Shown in pieces: positions 36,802 through 48,590 of a DNA stretch of 64,000 bases. The stretch covers positions 2,294,001 to 2,358,000 of the forward strand of contig JBHGNT010000018.1 in the NCBI GenBank assembly GCA_043228905.1. The letters run 5' to 3'. Made by a program: the position numbers and the translations under genes. The stretch's first letter is position 1. Every line of letters starts with the position of its first letter. This DNA is from Azolla caroliniana (lineage: Eukaryota > Plantae > Polypodiophyta). The notes beneath the pieces were generated by a model. That model worked only from the letters and a program-made list of their open reading frames with translations, made no database searches and was not told the DNA's origin.

Positions 36802-39800
36802 ATCTGTACGATAAAACCGTGTACAATAGGTAGGAAATTTTGCTTCTCCGACAGCGGAGCATGTACGATGGTCGGCATCGCCGGCGGAGAGAAAACAAAG
36901 ACGGAGGGGAGACTTCGGGCGTGCGGAGTTCTCGGCCCTGACGAAGAAATCGACGGAGCCGTGGAGGCAGTCTCCTTCGACGACACCTTGGGAATGCTGG
37001 GGAAGGTGGTCGAAGAAGACTTTAACGAAGACCGGACGATACCGGTATGTTCCGAAGAAATGTACGAAGTCATCGCGGACTTCGGTCGAGGGCTCGAGTC
37101 AGAACGGATGGCCCGAGTTAGCACCAAGTACAAGACTGTGGACCGGAAGGTGAGGCCAGTTGCGGCGCCCTTACCGGAGGGCAGCGAATCCCGAATCAAA
37201 GGGGTTGCATCGGACCCCAGTTTATGAGATCCGGCCTGCATAGGACACACCTTCACCAACGAGACGCTCCGCGAGCTGAAGATCGGTGGGGGCGGGTTCC
37301 TACTGCCAGTGGAGGAAGACCGGTTTCGGAGAATGCTCGGAAGGCACGAGAAAGCCTTCCCATTCTCACCGGAGGAAATCGGGTGCGTAGACCCGACGAT
37401 CGTAGAGCCAATGGTGATATTCACGGTACCGCATGTACCGTGGAATCTCAAGCCAATTCCGGTTCCGAGAGCTCACATCCCGAAGTTGATGGAGCTGTTG
37501 AAGCAGAAAGTTTATATGGGCATTCTCGAGCCGTCGAGCGCCCCATATTCAAACCGATGGTTTACCGTACCAAAGAAAAACGGATCGTTGCGCTTCATTC
37601 AGGACCTGCAGCCGGTCAACAGAGTGACCATTCGGAACGCAGGGATCGGACCGACCATAGACGAGTTCGCGGAGGCCTTCGCCGGAAGGTCGATTTACTC
37701 GGTCGGTGATCTATACTCAGGATACGACCAGTTCTAGCTAGCCGTGGAGAGCAGAGACATTACGACGATGCGAACTCCCCTCGGCCTAGTGCGGATGTGT
37801 ACGCTGCCGCAAGGAGGGACCAACTCGGTGGCCCACATGGTGAATGCAATGAACAAGGTGCTGAGGGACTGCATCCCGGACATCACCATGCCGTTTCTAG
37901 ACGACATCCCGATCAAGGGATGCCCGGTAGAAGAGAAGGACGAGACGATCGGGCCGGACGGATGCCGGCGATTCGTGATGACGCACATCGACGACTGCGA
38001 GAGGGTGCTGCAAAGGCTAGAGGATGCGAGGCTCACCTTCTCGGGGGAGAAGTCAGCCTTCGGGCAGTCGGAAATCATGGTGGTCGGACATTTATGTGGA
38101 CCATATGGCCGGAAACCGTCTCCGGCAAAGGTAGAAGCCATCTCCGCGATGAAGCCTGATTGCAGCTCGGTCACGGAAGTACGAAGATTCTTGGGAGCAT
38201 GCGCCTTCTACCACATATGGATCCCGCATTACGCGCACGTCGCTAAGCCACTGTACGGATTATTGAAGAAAGGGCGAAGATTCGAATGGCTAGACAAGCA
38301 CACGGAGTCGGTCCGGAAGCTGAAGGAGGCTCTTTCGGCAGCACCGGCGCTCCGAAAGGCCGTCTACAGGAAGGGCACCCCAGTGTACATAACGGTTGAC
38401 ACGAGTCCGACCGGAATCGGGTGGGTCGTCAACCAAGAAGACGAGGACGACAATCGGTTTCCGATCCGATTCGGCGCGAAGGTCCTCAGTGAGCGGCAGC
38501 GAGGATACGCCCAGGTTAAACGCGAACTCTGGGGTATTGTTTCGGCGGTGAAGGCCGACAAGGACTATCTGATCGGGACAGAGGTAATCATAGAGACGGA
38601 TTGCATGCCGATTCTCGGCATGGTTTCCGGATGCGCGACGCCGGACCTGGCAATGCTCAGGTGGATAGCGTACATCAAGTCCCTGGACCCGGAAATACGA
38701 CACATTTCCGGGAAAGACAACGCCATGGCCGACATGCTTTCGAGGGCGAGGTTCGATGACGAGGGCGGCATGGTTTCGGAGGACGAAGAGGTCGGCGTGG
38801 ACTTCTTCGAGGCAGCATACGTAACAACCGACGGGACGAGCACTCCGGCGCTTAACGACTTCGACGCGAGCAAGTACGACGGGGAGTGGCTGCAGATCGG
38901 CGGGTTCTTGAGGACAATGGCGCCGGATGCGTCATGGACGAAAGACGAGGCCAACCGGATCCGGAAGAAAGCGTACCGGTTCTTTCTCCGGGATGGCTAT
39001 CTATGGAAGCACCCGAAGAAGAGGGACGGCGCTCCGCTCCGGGTGGTGGCGATGAAGGAAGAACAGGAGGAGCTGCTGACGGCCTACCACGACAACCCTT
39101 GGGCCGGACACCGTGGAACTTGGGCCACGTTCGAGAAGATAAAGGAGAAGTACTGGTGGCTGGGACTGTACCGGGACGTGCATCGATTCGTGACAACTTG
39201 CGAGAGCTGTCAGATGCACTCCGTGGTCTGACACCGGGACGAGCTTCACCCTACGTACCCTCCGACCATCCACTTCAAGTGGATGGTAGATCTGGTGACG
39301 ATGCCAATGGGGGTAGGACAGATGCGGTACCTGGTCCTAGCGCGGGAGGATCTGACGAACCAGGTGGAAGGCCGGGCCCTTCCAAACAAAACGACCGCGG
39401 CCGTATGTCGGTTCCTAATCGAGGACGTGATATGCCGGTACGGGTGCGTCGGGAAGATCGTGGCTGACCGAGGAGAGTTTGACGCCGAAGAAGCCGCGGA
39501 GCTGTTCGACCGGCTGGGAGTCAAGCTCTCGCTCACCACTGCGTACAATCCGGAGGCGAATGGAAAGGTGGAGCGCGGACACGGGCCGATCGTCAAGGCG
39601 TTGGTTCGGGCATGCGGAGGCCAAGTCGGTAACTGGCCGCGGCTGCTACCTTATGCTTTGTGGGCAGACCGGACCACGCACAGTTCGGTAACCAGGTACA
39701 TGCCGACGGAGCTCATGTTCGGCCAGAAGCCGATCATGCCGATGGAACAGACGATCTCCTCGTGGGCAACGGTCGACTGGAGGGACGAGATGACCCGGGA

Positions 39801-40224
39801 GGAGTTGTTGGCCGCGCGTATACGACAGCTCGAGCGGAGACCGGAGGACGTGGAACTGGCTGCGGAGAAGCTCCGGGTGGCGAGGACAAAGAACAAAGCC
39901 AGGTTCGACCGAACGCACTGGCTCAGACCGAAGAAAATCGAAGAAGGTGACTGGGTGCTCATCTACGACAGCAGCCTCGACAACCAGCACCGAGCTACAC
40001 GGAAGTTCGCACGAAGGTGGTTCGGGCCTTACGTGGTACGGAGCGCCAATGACAACGGGACATATCACTTGGCGGAACTCGACGGCACGAGAATGGCGAT
40101 ACCGGTTGCAGGGAAGCGGATCAAAGCGTTCAAGAAGCGACACGACGACGAGCCAGACCCGGCTCTCCAAGTCAGCAGTGACGAACGATCCGAAAACGAG
40201 GAAGAACCGACGGGCGAGGAATGA
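36743..40224 (+). pseudogene. E6 Pol (RT-RNase H-integrase), single frame with three point stops
   Basis: ORFs 36868, 37309, 37744 and 39283 share one frame. Stops at 37225, 37735 and 39229 sit at CGA/CAG-equivalent codons. Motifs FLDD, DTS, HHCC, D-D-E, GPY. Confidence 0.93.
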
Positions 40225-40556
40225 AGACGGGCCGGTTTTCTCCGTCCCAACTCTCTTGGCGCATACCGGAGGATGCGCGGTTAGGTGGGGGCGGATGTCG
40301 TGAAGAAAACCGTCCATAAGCGGAATCGGCGCACCAAGGCGTGGGAACCGGTTCTTCACGCGCGCACGCTCCAAGTTGTACATAGAAGCGAATTAGGAGG
40401 TTAATCGGCGGGAACGGGTCCTAACACAAGTGGAGACAAAGACCGCGCGAACAGTCTTTTCGGTCGCGCGTGCGAGCTAAGGAACTGTACGAGTCGGCGG
40501 CGTAACTGCGCGGATGCGTGAAGGACGGAGCGGATCCCTGTTCAAAAGGGACAGGG

Positions 40557-43500
40557 TGTTGGGATTACGGTCCCTTCTCATGGGATGGTCGGATATCGGA
40601 GATGAATGCCGACAAGCCCGGTTTCGGTTTCGGATCCGGATGAAGAAGACCCCGGTTTCGGTACCGGATGACGAATGTACCCGGAGAGCGATCCGGATGC
40701 AGGGACATATCCGTGAATATGTTCGCTATGGGCCCCTGAGGCTACAGTTGTAAATAGCCCAAAGTCATATAAGTATAAATATGACTTAGGGCAAACAGTG
40801 TTGTTGTTGCTTATCATTTTTCTGTTTTTCCACTCAAGAGGAGTGAAGAGGGAGCAGCCGTGAGACAGAGTGAGAGATAGAGCGCGAGAGAGGAAGAGGA
40901 CGACGCCTCTGTGTATTTCCGCCGCCTGTGGCAAGGACAGCGAGCTCAAGGTCGTCGCCTTGGAGCTCGTCATTGTATACTTCTCTTGTATAGTGTTGTT
41001 TGGAGTCTTGTACTCCCGTGGTTTTTCCCATCTAGGGTTTTCCACGTTAACCCCTGTGTACTCGTGTGTTTCTCTCTTTTGGTTTCTATTTTCTGCTGCA
41101 TTGATCCGCGATTACTCGGTTGTGGCCGAAAGGAAGAAGGTGAATCCAAGCGTTGATTCCCAACAAACTGGTATCAGAGCAAACTGCTGCAGAAAATGGA
41201 AGGCGGCGGCAGCGGGCAGCCGGGGATGATGGTGCTGAATGCGCAGAATTACGCCGACTGGAAGATCAAGATGGAGGATCTTCTGATTGTTCGGGACCTG
41301 TACGAACCGATTGACAGGTCGGAAATACCGAAGGGGGTACTTGAGTCGGAGTGGAAGCTCCTGAACCGGAAAGCCGTAGCGACGATCCGACAATATGTCG
41401 ATGTAAGCGTCCTACAACATGTGGCGAACGACACCAACGCATATGAGATGTGGAAGAAGCTGTCGGGCCTCTACGAGAGGAAGAATGCGTTGAACCGGAC
41501 CTCCCTGATGAGGAAGATAGTGAACCTCAAGTACCGGGACGGCGAGAGTATGGTGGAACACGTAAGCACGTTCATGGGATTCGTGAATCAGCTTGCGGCG
41601 ATCAAGTTCCCGTTGGAGGATGCAATGCAAGCCATCATCCTGATGTGTACATTGCCGGAAAGCTGGGAGAACTTGGTGGTGACTCTCAGCACCTCCTGCA
41701 CCGAAGATAACTTGTCCTTACAAACGGTAAAGACAAGTATTTTGAATGAAGAAGCGCGTCGGAGAGATAAGGAACCGGCCTCCGACCCGAAGATGTTGTT
41801 TACCGAATCGGATCGGGGAAGACAATGGAACCGGAGTCCGCAAAGACGGGAGAAGTCGGGGACCCGGTCGCAGTCAAGAGGAAGGCCCACATGCTTCCAC
41901 TGTGGGAAGCCGGGGCACTTCCGAAAGAATTGTCGGCATTACCGAAAAGACAATGGAACCGACAACACCGATTCGAAGAAGTCACCGGAGAGAAACGGTG
42001 AATACCGGGGAGCCACGGACCGGAATGGTTCGGATCGGCGAGGACAGGACCGGAAAGGAACAACGGCACTCGCGGCAAGTGAGGAAGAAATCATGCTCAT
42101 CACCGAAGAAGGTGAGCTAAACGTTGCCGTCGATGAGACGACCTGGGTGGTCGATTCCAGAGCATCGTTCCACCTGACCCCGGAGAGAAGATACTTCTCA
42201 TCCTACACAGCCGGTGAGCATGGCTGTGTTCGGATGGGAAATGAAGGTACGTGCCGGATTTCCGGCATAGGAGACGTGTGGTTGACAACCCCGACCGGAT
42301 GCAAAATGCTGCTGAAGGATGTCCGACACGTTCCGGAGGTTCGATTGAACCTGATTTCGGCCGGGAGGCTAGACGATGAAGGCTACACAGGTAGCATCCG
42401 GAACGGCGTAATGAAGTTCAGCAAGGGGAGCCTGATAGTGGCTCGGGCCCGGAAAGTCAACACACTGTACCTGATGAATGCCCGGTTATGTCCGGAAGAA
42501 CTGAATGTGGCAGCCGACACTGCCGGTGAGCTGTGGCACAAGAGACTGTGCCACATGAGTGAGAAGGGGATGAAGAGGCTTGCAGAAGACAACCTTATCC
42601 CAGTGAAGCATGTGCACCTGGAGAAGTGCACCGATTGCCTGGCCGGTAAGCAGAACCGAACCTCCTTCCACTCAAGGCCACCGACGAGACTGAGCGCACC
42701 ATTGGAGTTGGTGCACACTAATGTGTGTCAGGTAGAAACGAAGTCACATGGCGGAGCCCAGTACTTCGTAACATTCATTGATGATCACAGCCGGAAGCTG
42801 TGGACGGCACCGTTGAAGACAAAGGACCAAGCGTTGTGCGTCTTCAAAGAACTCCACGCGAGAGTGGAAAGGGAATCCGGCAAGAAGCTGAAAGCGATAC
42901 GAGCGGATAACGGAGGGGAATACCGGGGGCAGTTCCAGGAGTACTGTCGCTCGAAGGGAATCCGACTCGAGTTTACTGTGCCGAAGACGCCGGAACTGAA
43001 CGGGCTGGCTGAGAGGATGAACCGGACCATAATGGAGCGGGTCCGGAGTATGCTGGCGCATGCGAAATTACCCAAGGGGTTTTGGGCTGAGGCAATGTCG
43101 ACGGCGACATACGTGATAAACAGATCACCCTCAGTACCTTTGGACGGAGACACGCCGCAGAAAGTGTGGACCGGTAAGGAAGTGTCCTACCGGCATCTGA
43201 AGGTGTTCGGGTGTCTCGCATACGTGCATGTGGCAAAGGACCGGAGAGGAAAGCTAGATCCAAAGACCCGGCCATGCATATTCCTCGGTTACGGCGATGA
43301 CGAGTTCGGCTACCGAGTATGGGACCCGGTCGACAAGAAGATATTCAGGAGTCGAGACATCATCTTCATGGAGGACAAGACACTCGCCGACTGGGAGTCG
43401 GAGAAGAAGGTGAAGAGCTCCAAGTCGACCGGTGAGGATCAACTCTACAAGGAGCAGTCCCGACCGGCAAGGGACCGGTTAGCACTCGAGGATCCGGCCG

Positions 43501-45888
43501 AAGACGGTGAAGAAACAGAACCGGCCGAAGAGGATGAAAACGATACCGGAACCGGCCCCGATCCCGAAATGGATTCGGATGAAGAAGAATCGGAAGAACC
43601 GGTTACCGAAGCTCCGGAACGGAGATATCCTCTAAGAGAGAGAAGGGCCCCCCGGAGATTTCCGGAACCAGAGCACGTGCTGCTAACCGACGAGGGGGAG
43701 CCGGAGAGCTTTGAAGAAGCAAAACATGACACCCAGAGCCGCAGGTGGTTGAGTGCCATGCAGGACGAAATGGATTCCCTGCACGAGAACCACACATATG
43801 AACTTGTGGAGTTGCCGAAAGGAAAGCGGGCACTTCGAAACAAGTGGGTGTTCAAGCTGAAACCGGGAGATGCCGGAAACCCCCCGAGATACAAAGCCAG
43901 GATCGTGGTGAAGGGGTTTCAGCAGAAGAAGGGCGTCGACTTCGACGAGATATTTGCCCCGGTAGTGAAGATGACCTCCATCCGGACGGTGCTGAGCATA
44001 GCGGCAAGCATGGACCTCGAGGTAGAACAGATGGACGTGAAGACGGCATTCCTTCACGGTGACCTCGATGAAGAGATCTACATGCAGCAACCGGAAGGAT
44101 TCGAGAAGAAAGGGAAGGAGCACCTGGTATGCCGGTTGAAGAAGAGCCTTTACGGACTGAAGCAGGCTCCCCGGCAATGGTACCGGAAGTTCGACTCCTT
44201 CATGACCGACGAAGGGTACCTCAAAACGCAGTCCGACCACTGCGTGTTTGTGAAGAAGTTCGAAGGAGGAGACTTTCTAATACTCCTCCTGTACGTGGAC
44301 GACATGTTGATCGTCGGACGGGACCAGGTCAAGATCCGGATGCTGAAGAAGGCTCTTCACCGAACCTTCTCAATGAAGGACCTGGGTCCGGCGAGACAAA
44401 TACTAGGGATGCACATCATCCGGGACCGGAGCAAGAAGCAGTTGTGGCTGTCACAGGAGAAGTACGTGACGAAGGTGCTTCACCGGTTCAACATGTCGGA
44501 AGCAAGACCGGTCGGATCGACCCTCCCGACAAACTGCAAGCTGTCCAGCAAGCAAAGTCCCAAGACAAAGGCTGAAAAGGAGGATATGATGAAAGTGCCG
44601 TATGCCTCAACCGTCGGGAGCTTGATGTACGCCATGGTGTGTACGAGACCGGACATCGGATATGCAGTCGGAGTGGTGAGCCGGTACATGAGCAATCCCG
44701 GGAAAGAGCATTGGAACGCAGCCAAGTGGATACTCCGATACCTGAAGGGCACGGCAAACGTGTGCCTCCGATTCGGCTCCGGAAAGCCCGAACTCGACGG
44801 CTTTACCGATTCGGATATGTCGGCTGATGCAGATACCAGCCGGTCCACATCAGGGTATGTGATGACGTATGCAGGGGGAGCTGTTTCATGGCAGTCGAGG
44901 CTGCAGAAGACGGTTGCGCTGTCAACCACGGAGGCGGAGTACATGGCGGCTGTTGAAGCCGGCAAGGAAATAATATGGATGAAGGACTTCATTAGAGAGC
45001 TCGGTATCCGACAGGAGGAGTACCGACTCTACTGCGACAGTCAGAGTGCAATCCACCTTGCGAAGAACGCGGCCTATCACTCCCGGACGAAGCACATCCA
45101 GCGAAGATATCACTGGATCCGGGAAAGGATAGAAGACAAGGAGTTCGTGCTGACAAAGATCCACACGGACGAGAACGGGTCGGATATGCTGACCAAGGTC
45201 CTCACACCCGACAAGCTGGAAGCATGCCGGAAGAGGATCGGATTGGAGAGACATCCCATGCCGAAGTGAAGGGGGAGTTTGTTGGGATTACGGTCCCTTC
45301 TCATGGGATGGTCGGATATCGGAGATGAATGCCGACAAGCCCGGTTTCGGTTTCGGATCCGGATGAAGAAGACCCCGGTTTCGGTACCGGATGACGAATG
45401 TACCCGGAGAGCGATCCGGATGCAGGGACATATCCGTGAATATGTTCGTTATGGGCCCCTGAGGCTACAGTTGTAAATAGCCCAAAGTCATATAAGTATA
45501 AATATGACTTAGGGCAAACAGTGTTGTTGTTGCTTATCATTTTTCTGTTTTTCCACTCAAGAGGAGTGAAGAGGGAGCAACCGTGAGACAGAGTGAGAGA
45601 TAGAGCGCGAGAGAGGAAGAGGACGACGCCTCTGTGTATTTCCGCCGCCTGTGGCGAGGACAGCGAGCTCAAGGTCGTCGCCTTGGAGCTCGTCATTGTA
45701 TACTTCTCTTGTATAGTGTTGTTTGGAGTCTTGTACTCCCGTGGTTTTTCCCATCTAGGGTTTTCCACGTTAACCCCTGTGTACTCGTGTGTTTCTCTCT
45801 TTTGGTTTCTATTTTCTGCTGCATTGATCCGCGATTACTCGGTTGTGGCCGAAAGGAAGAAGGTGAATCCAAGCGTTGATTCCCAACA
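40557..45888 (+). mobile_element. Full-length Ty1/copia (Tnt1/Tork-like); 609-bp LTRs 40557-41165 and 45280-45888; TSD caggg/taggg
   Basis: TGTTGGGA...TCCCAACA termini and three LTR differences. PBS tggtatcagagc at 41169, PPT gaagggggag before 45280. Confidence 0.97.
41196..45269 (+). CDS. Copia Gag-Pol polyprotein (Gag-CCHC-PR-IN-RT-RH), 1357 aa
   Basis: CFHCGKPGHFRKNC, LWHKRLCH, ADNGGEY, NGLAERMNRT, MDVKTAFLHG, LLYVDDM, TKHI, SDMLTK. Copia domain order. Confidence 0.96.
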   Translation: MEGGGSGQPGMMVLNAQNYADWKIKMEDLLIVRDLYEPIDRSEIPKGVLESEWKLLNRKAVATIRQYVDVSVLQHVANDTNAYEMWKKLSGLYERKNALNRTSLMRKIVNLKYRDGESMVEHVSTFMGFVNQLAAIKFPLEDAMQAIILMCTLPESWENLVVTLSTSCTEDNLSLQTVKTSILNEEARRRDKEPASDPKMLFTESDRGRQWNRSPQRREKSGTRSQSRGRPTCFHCGKPGHFRKNCRHYRKDNGTDNTDSKKSPERNGEYRGATDRNGSDRRGQDRKGTTALAASEEEIMLITEEGELNVAVDETTWVVDSRASFHLTPERRYFSSYTAGEHGCVRMGNEGTCRISGIGDVWLTTPTGCKMLLKDVRHVPEVRLNLISAGRLDDEGYTGSIRNGVMKFSKGSLIVARARKVNTLYLMNARLCPEELNVAADTAGELWHKRLCHMSEKGMKRLAEDNLIPVKHVHLEKCTDCLAGKQNRTSFHSRPPTRLSAPLELVHTNVCQVETKSHGGAQYFVTFIDDHSRKLWTAPLKTKDQALCVFKELHARVERESGKKLKAIRADNGGEYRGQFQEYCRSKGIRLEFTVPKTPELNGLAERMNRTIMERVRSMLAHAKLPKGFWAEAMSTATYVINRSPSVPLDGDTPQKVWTGKEVSYRHLKVFGCLAYVHVAKDRRGKLDPKTRPCIFLGYGDDEFGYRVWDPVDKKIFRSRDIIFMEDKTLADWESEKKVKSSKSTGEDQLYKEQSRPARDRLALEDPAEDGEETEPAEEDENDTGTGPDPEMDSDEEESEEPVTEAPERRYPLRERRAPRRFPEPEHVLLTDEGEPESFEEAKHDTQSRRWLSAMQDEMDSLHENHTYELVELPKGKRALRNKWVFKLKPGDAGNPPRYKARIVVKGFQQKKGVDFDEIFAPVVKMTSIRTVLSIAASMDLEVEQMDVKTAFLHGDLDEEIYMQQPEGFEKKGKEHLVCRLKKSLYGLKQAPRQWYRKFDSFMTDEGYLKTQSDHCVFVKKFEGGDFLILLLYVDDMLIVGRDQVKIRMLKKALHRTFSMKDLGPARQILGMHIIRDRSKKQLWLSQEKYVTKVLHRFNMSEARPVGSTLPTNCKLSSKQSPKTKAEKEDMMKVPYASTVGSLMYAMVCTRPDIGYAVGVVSRYMSNPGKEHWNAAKWILRYLKGTANVCLRFGSGKPELDGFTDSDMSADADTSRSTSGYVMTYAGGAVSWQSRLQKTVALSTTEAEYMAAVEAGKEIIWMKDFIRELGIRQEEYRLYCDSQSAIHLAKNAAYHSRTKHIQRRYHWIRERIEDKEFVLTKIHTDENGSDMLTKVLTPDKLEACRKRIGLERHPMPK

Positions 45889-45987
45889 TAGGGAATAAAG
45901 CTGACATGACAGCCTGCTCGTCGGCCTATATAAGGAGCAGGAAAGAGCTGTTGCAGGCATCTCGGGCAGAGAGGACGAAGTGCTGTC

Positions 45988-46622
45988 AGAGAGGGAGACA
46001 GAGAGAAAGAGAGGGAGACAGAGAGGGAGCGTGCGCTTGACACCGACTCACGCACACACACACACACACGCCGACCCGACTCGCGCCCTTATGTGCAGGA
46101 ACACAGAAAAGGGGAAGCACCCGACACCAACAAAGACACGAATATACACAGACAGACGCAAATGTATGTATTACAAGGGAAAGAATACAACCCCGGCTTC
46201 GAGCCGAACCAAGCTAGGGTAGGTTACAACAGCAGTCTATAGCCAAGCCACCGTCCGGGGAGCTCTTGGGCTCGTCACGCAGAGCGGGGTCTTGCACAGG
46301 AGACCGAGCAGAAATAGCCCTCCACAATCCACCCACACCGTGAAGAAGAGGAAGAAGAAGTAGAAGAACTAACCCTAAATCTAACGGTATACCCTCTAAC
46401 ACAAAATGGGCAACCCTTTTACAAGGGACCATCCCTTCCTTTTATAGAACAAGGAGAGGGATGTGTTACAATGTGGGATAAATCCCGATTTACATGGGAT
46501 TCTTCGCCCCGACTTAACTCCTATTATTCACACAATTACACGAGGGTGAGTGCACATGGTGCACCCCGCCGATGTAGCCAATATTTCCCGGTTTCCGCCT
46601 CTGGCCGAAATTCTTCACGACA
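45988..46622 (-). repeat. Truncated Trp-family LTR in reverse orientation
   Basis: Ends ttcttcacgaca. Shares aaaatgggcaacccc and ccggcttcgagc with the LTRs at 19035 (reverse complement) and 20662. Confidence 0.83.
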
Positions 46623-48590
46623 ACGTAAGTCTACAAAACCTATTGTCTGGAATGCTACACTAGACCGAGTCACCTTTAATGAACTCAAGGACCTAGTATG
46701 CAAGGCTCCTTCACTTCTTTTACCCGATCCTTCAAAACCTTTTGAGTTTGAAACCGATGCAAACAATTATGCTATAGGTGTTGTCTTATATCAAGATGGT
46801 AAACCAATAGCATTCGAGAGTAAGAAACTTGATTCTGCTCAATGTCGGTATACCGTTCAAGAAAAGGAATTATTTGCAGTTATACATGCACTCAAAACAT
46901 GGCGCCATTATCTTTATGGAAATCGCTTTGTGGTAACTACGGACCACAAGTCCTTGAAATATTTTTGTGACCAACAAGACCTGAAAGGTCGTAAGGCACG
47001 ATGGGTTGATCTCATCCAGGACTTTGATTTTTCCATACGATATCGTAAAGGTTCCATGAACACTATCGCTGATGCACTAAGTCGAATCCGTGAAGTTAAC
47101 ACGCTTATCTTCACTGAAATATCATCAGATCTTTATGATCACCTTCAAGGAAAGTATCCTGATGACAGCTATTTCGCAAAATATTGGGCAAGAGTTGAGT
47201 CTGGAACAGACACCACCACATCCTCGAAGGAATACTTCCACATTGCTAACGGTCTGCTCTACCGTAATGGGAGGTCAAAAAGAGGATTCTTTTTTAATGC
47301 CATGATGCACCCTCAGCAGGGCACCCTGGAATACATCGTACACTTGTTCTCATCTCCACTCAATTTTATTGGCCTAAGATGCGTCCTGACATACATAGCT
47401 ATGTGACTAAATGTCACCAATGTCAGGTTAACAAAGCCAAGCGACTTAAAGCCTCAGGACTTTTACATCCCTTGGACATTCCCAATAATAAGTGGGAAAG
47501 TATATCTATGGATTTTATTGTTAGCCTTCCTCGCACCCAAAAAGGCCATGATGCCATCTGGGTTGTGGTGGATAAACTAACTAAAATGGCCAGATTTATT
47601 ACTACTAAAACCATGGTAACAACTCCTGAATTGGCTTACCAATTCGTTGACAAGTTATTTCGTTTTTATGGGTTACCGATGGATATCGTGAGTGATCGAG
47701 ATCCAAAATTTACTAGTGACTTTTGGACGCAAGTCTTTAAGAAGTTAGAAACTACGTTGAGCATGAGCTCCACGGATCATCCTCAATCTGATCGACAGAC
47801 AGAACGAGTAAATCAAATTATTGAGGACATGCTTCGAGCATATGTTGGTGCAAAACCAACAAAATGGGAACGTTATCTCCCAATTTTGGAGTTTGCTTAT
47901 AACAGCTCCAAGCTTACGTCAACGGGATATAGTCCTTTTATGTTGATGTATGGTTTTCAGCCACGAGCCCCGATTGATGTTACTATACATCATGATGAGT
48001 TGTGAAGTACGCAAAAATTTCTTCGGGATATGCAAGATATGTTGCATATTGCACGAGATAATATAAAAACAGCTCAAGATAGAGCCTGTTTTTATCCCGA
48101 TCATCATAGACAACCTCATGTATTCAACCTTGGACAGAAAGTAATTTTACGTGTACCTCACAATTCTAAGACATTGTCTACAGGTAAGTGTGCTAAGTTA
48201 GCCCCACGGTTTTGTGGACCTTTTACAGTCCTCAAACGCATTGGGTCATCAGCCTATCATCTCGCTCTTCCCAATGGTGTTGGAATTCATCCAGTCTTTC
48301 ATGTTAGTCGTCTAAAAGAACTTCTAGGTTCTGGCGACAATACAGTTACAACTGAAACTCTGGTTACTTCTGAAGAATTATCTTCTAAACCACATGTACC
48401 AAAAAGAATTCTCGATGTTAAAACAAAAAAATTACGTACTAAAGAAATCCGAGAATTTAAAATAAAATGGATGGATAAATCAATAAAAGATGCAACATGG
48501 GAACACGAAAATACTCTCAAAACTAACTTCCCTAACTTTCCATTGCAAGAGTGCAATGTTTTAAAGAGGGGGAGTATGTTACGGGCATGA
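46623..48590 (+). pseudogene. E5 RNase H, integrase and chromodomain
   Basis: ETDANNYAIG, EKELFAV, TDHKSL, ADALSR; SISMDFI, VSDRDPKF, QTERVNQ, RFCGPF, HPVFHVS; KRILDVK..FKIKW..DATWE. Confidence 0.93.

Larger units (their letters stand above)
34117..45987 (+). mobile_element. Ty3/gypsy E6 (Trp family), youngest and best-preserved coding member; 5' LTR 34117-34910, 3' LTR 40296-40556 + 45889-45987 (truncated)
   Basis: Perfect PBS tggtgaacccgacgtgaa at 34915-34932. The LTR overlap differs at about one base outside the copia TSD. Confidence 0.93.
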
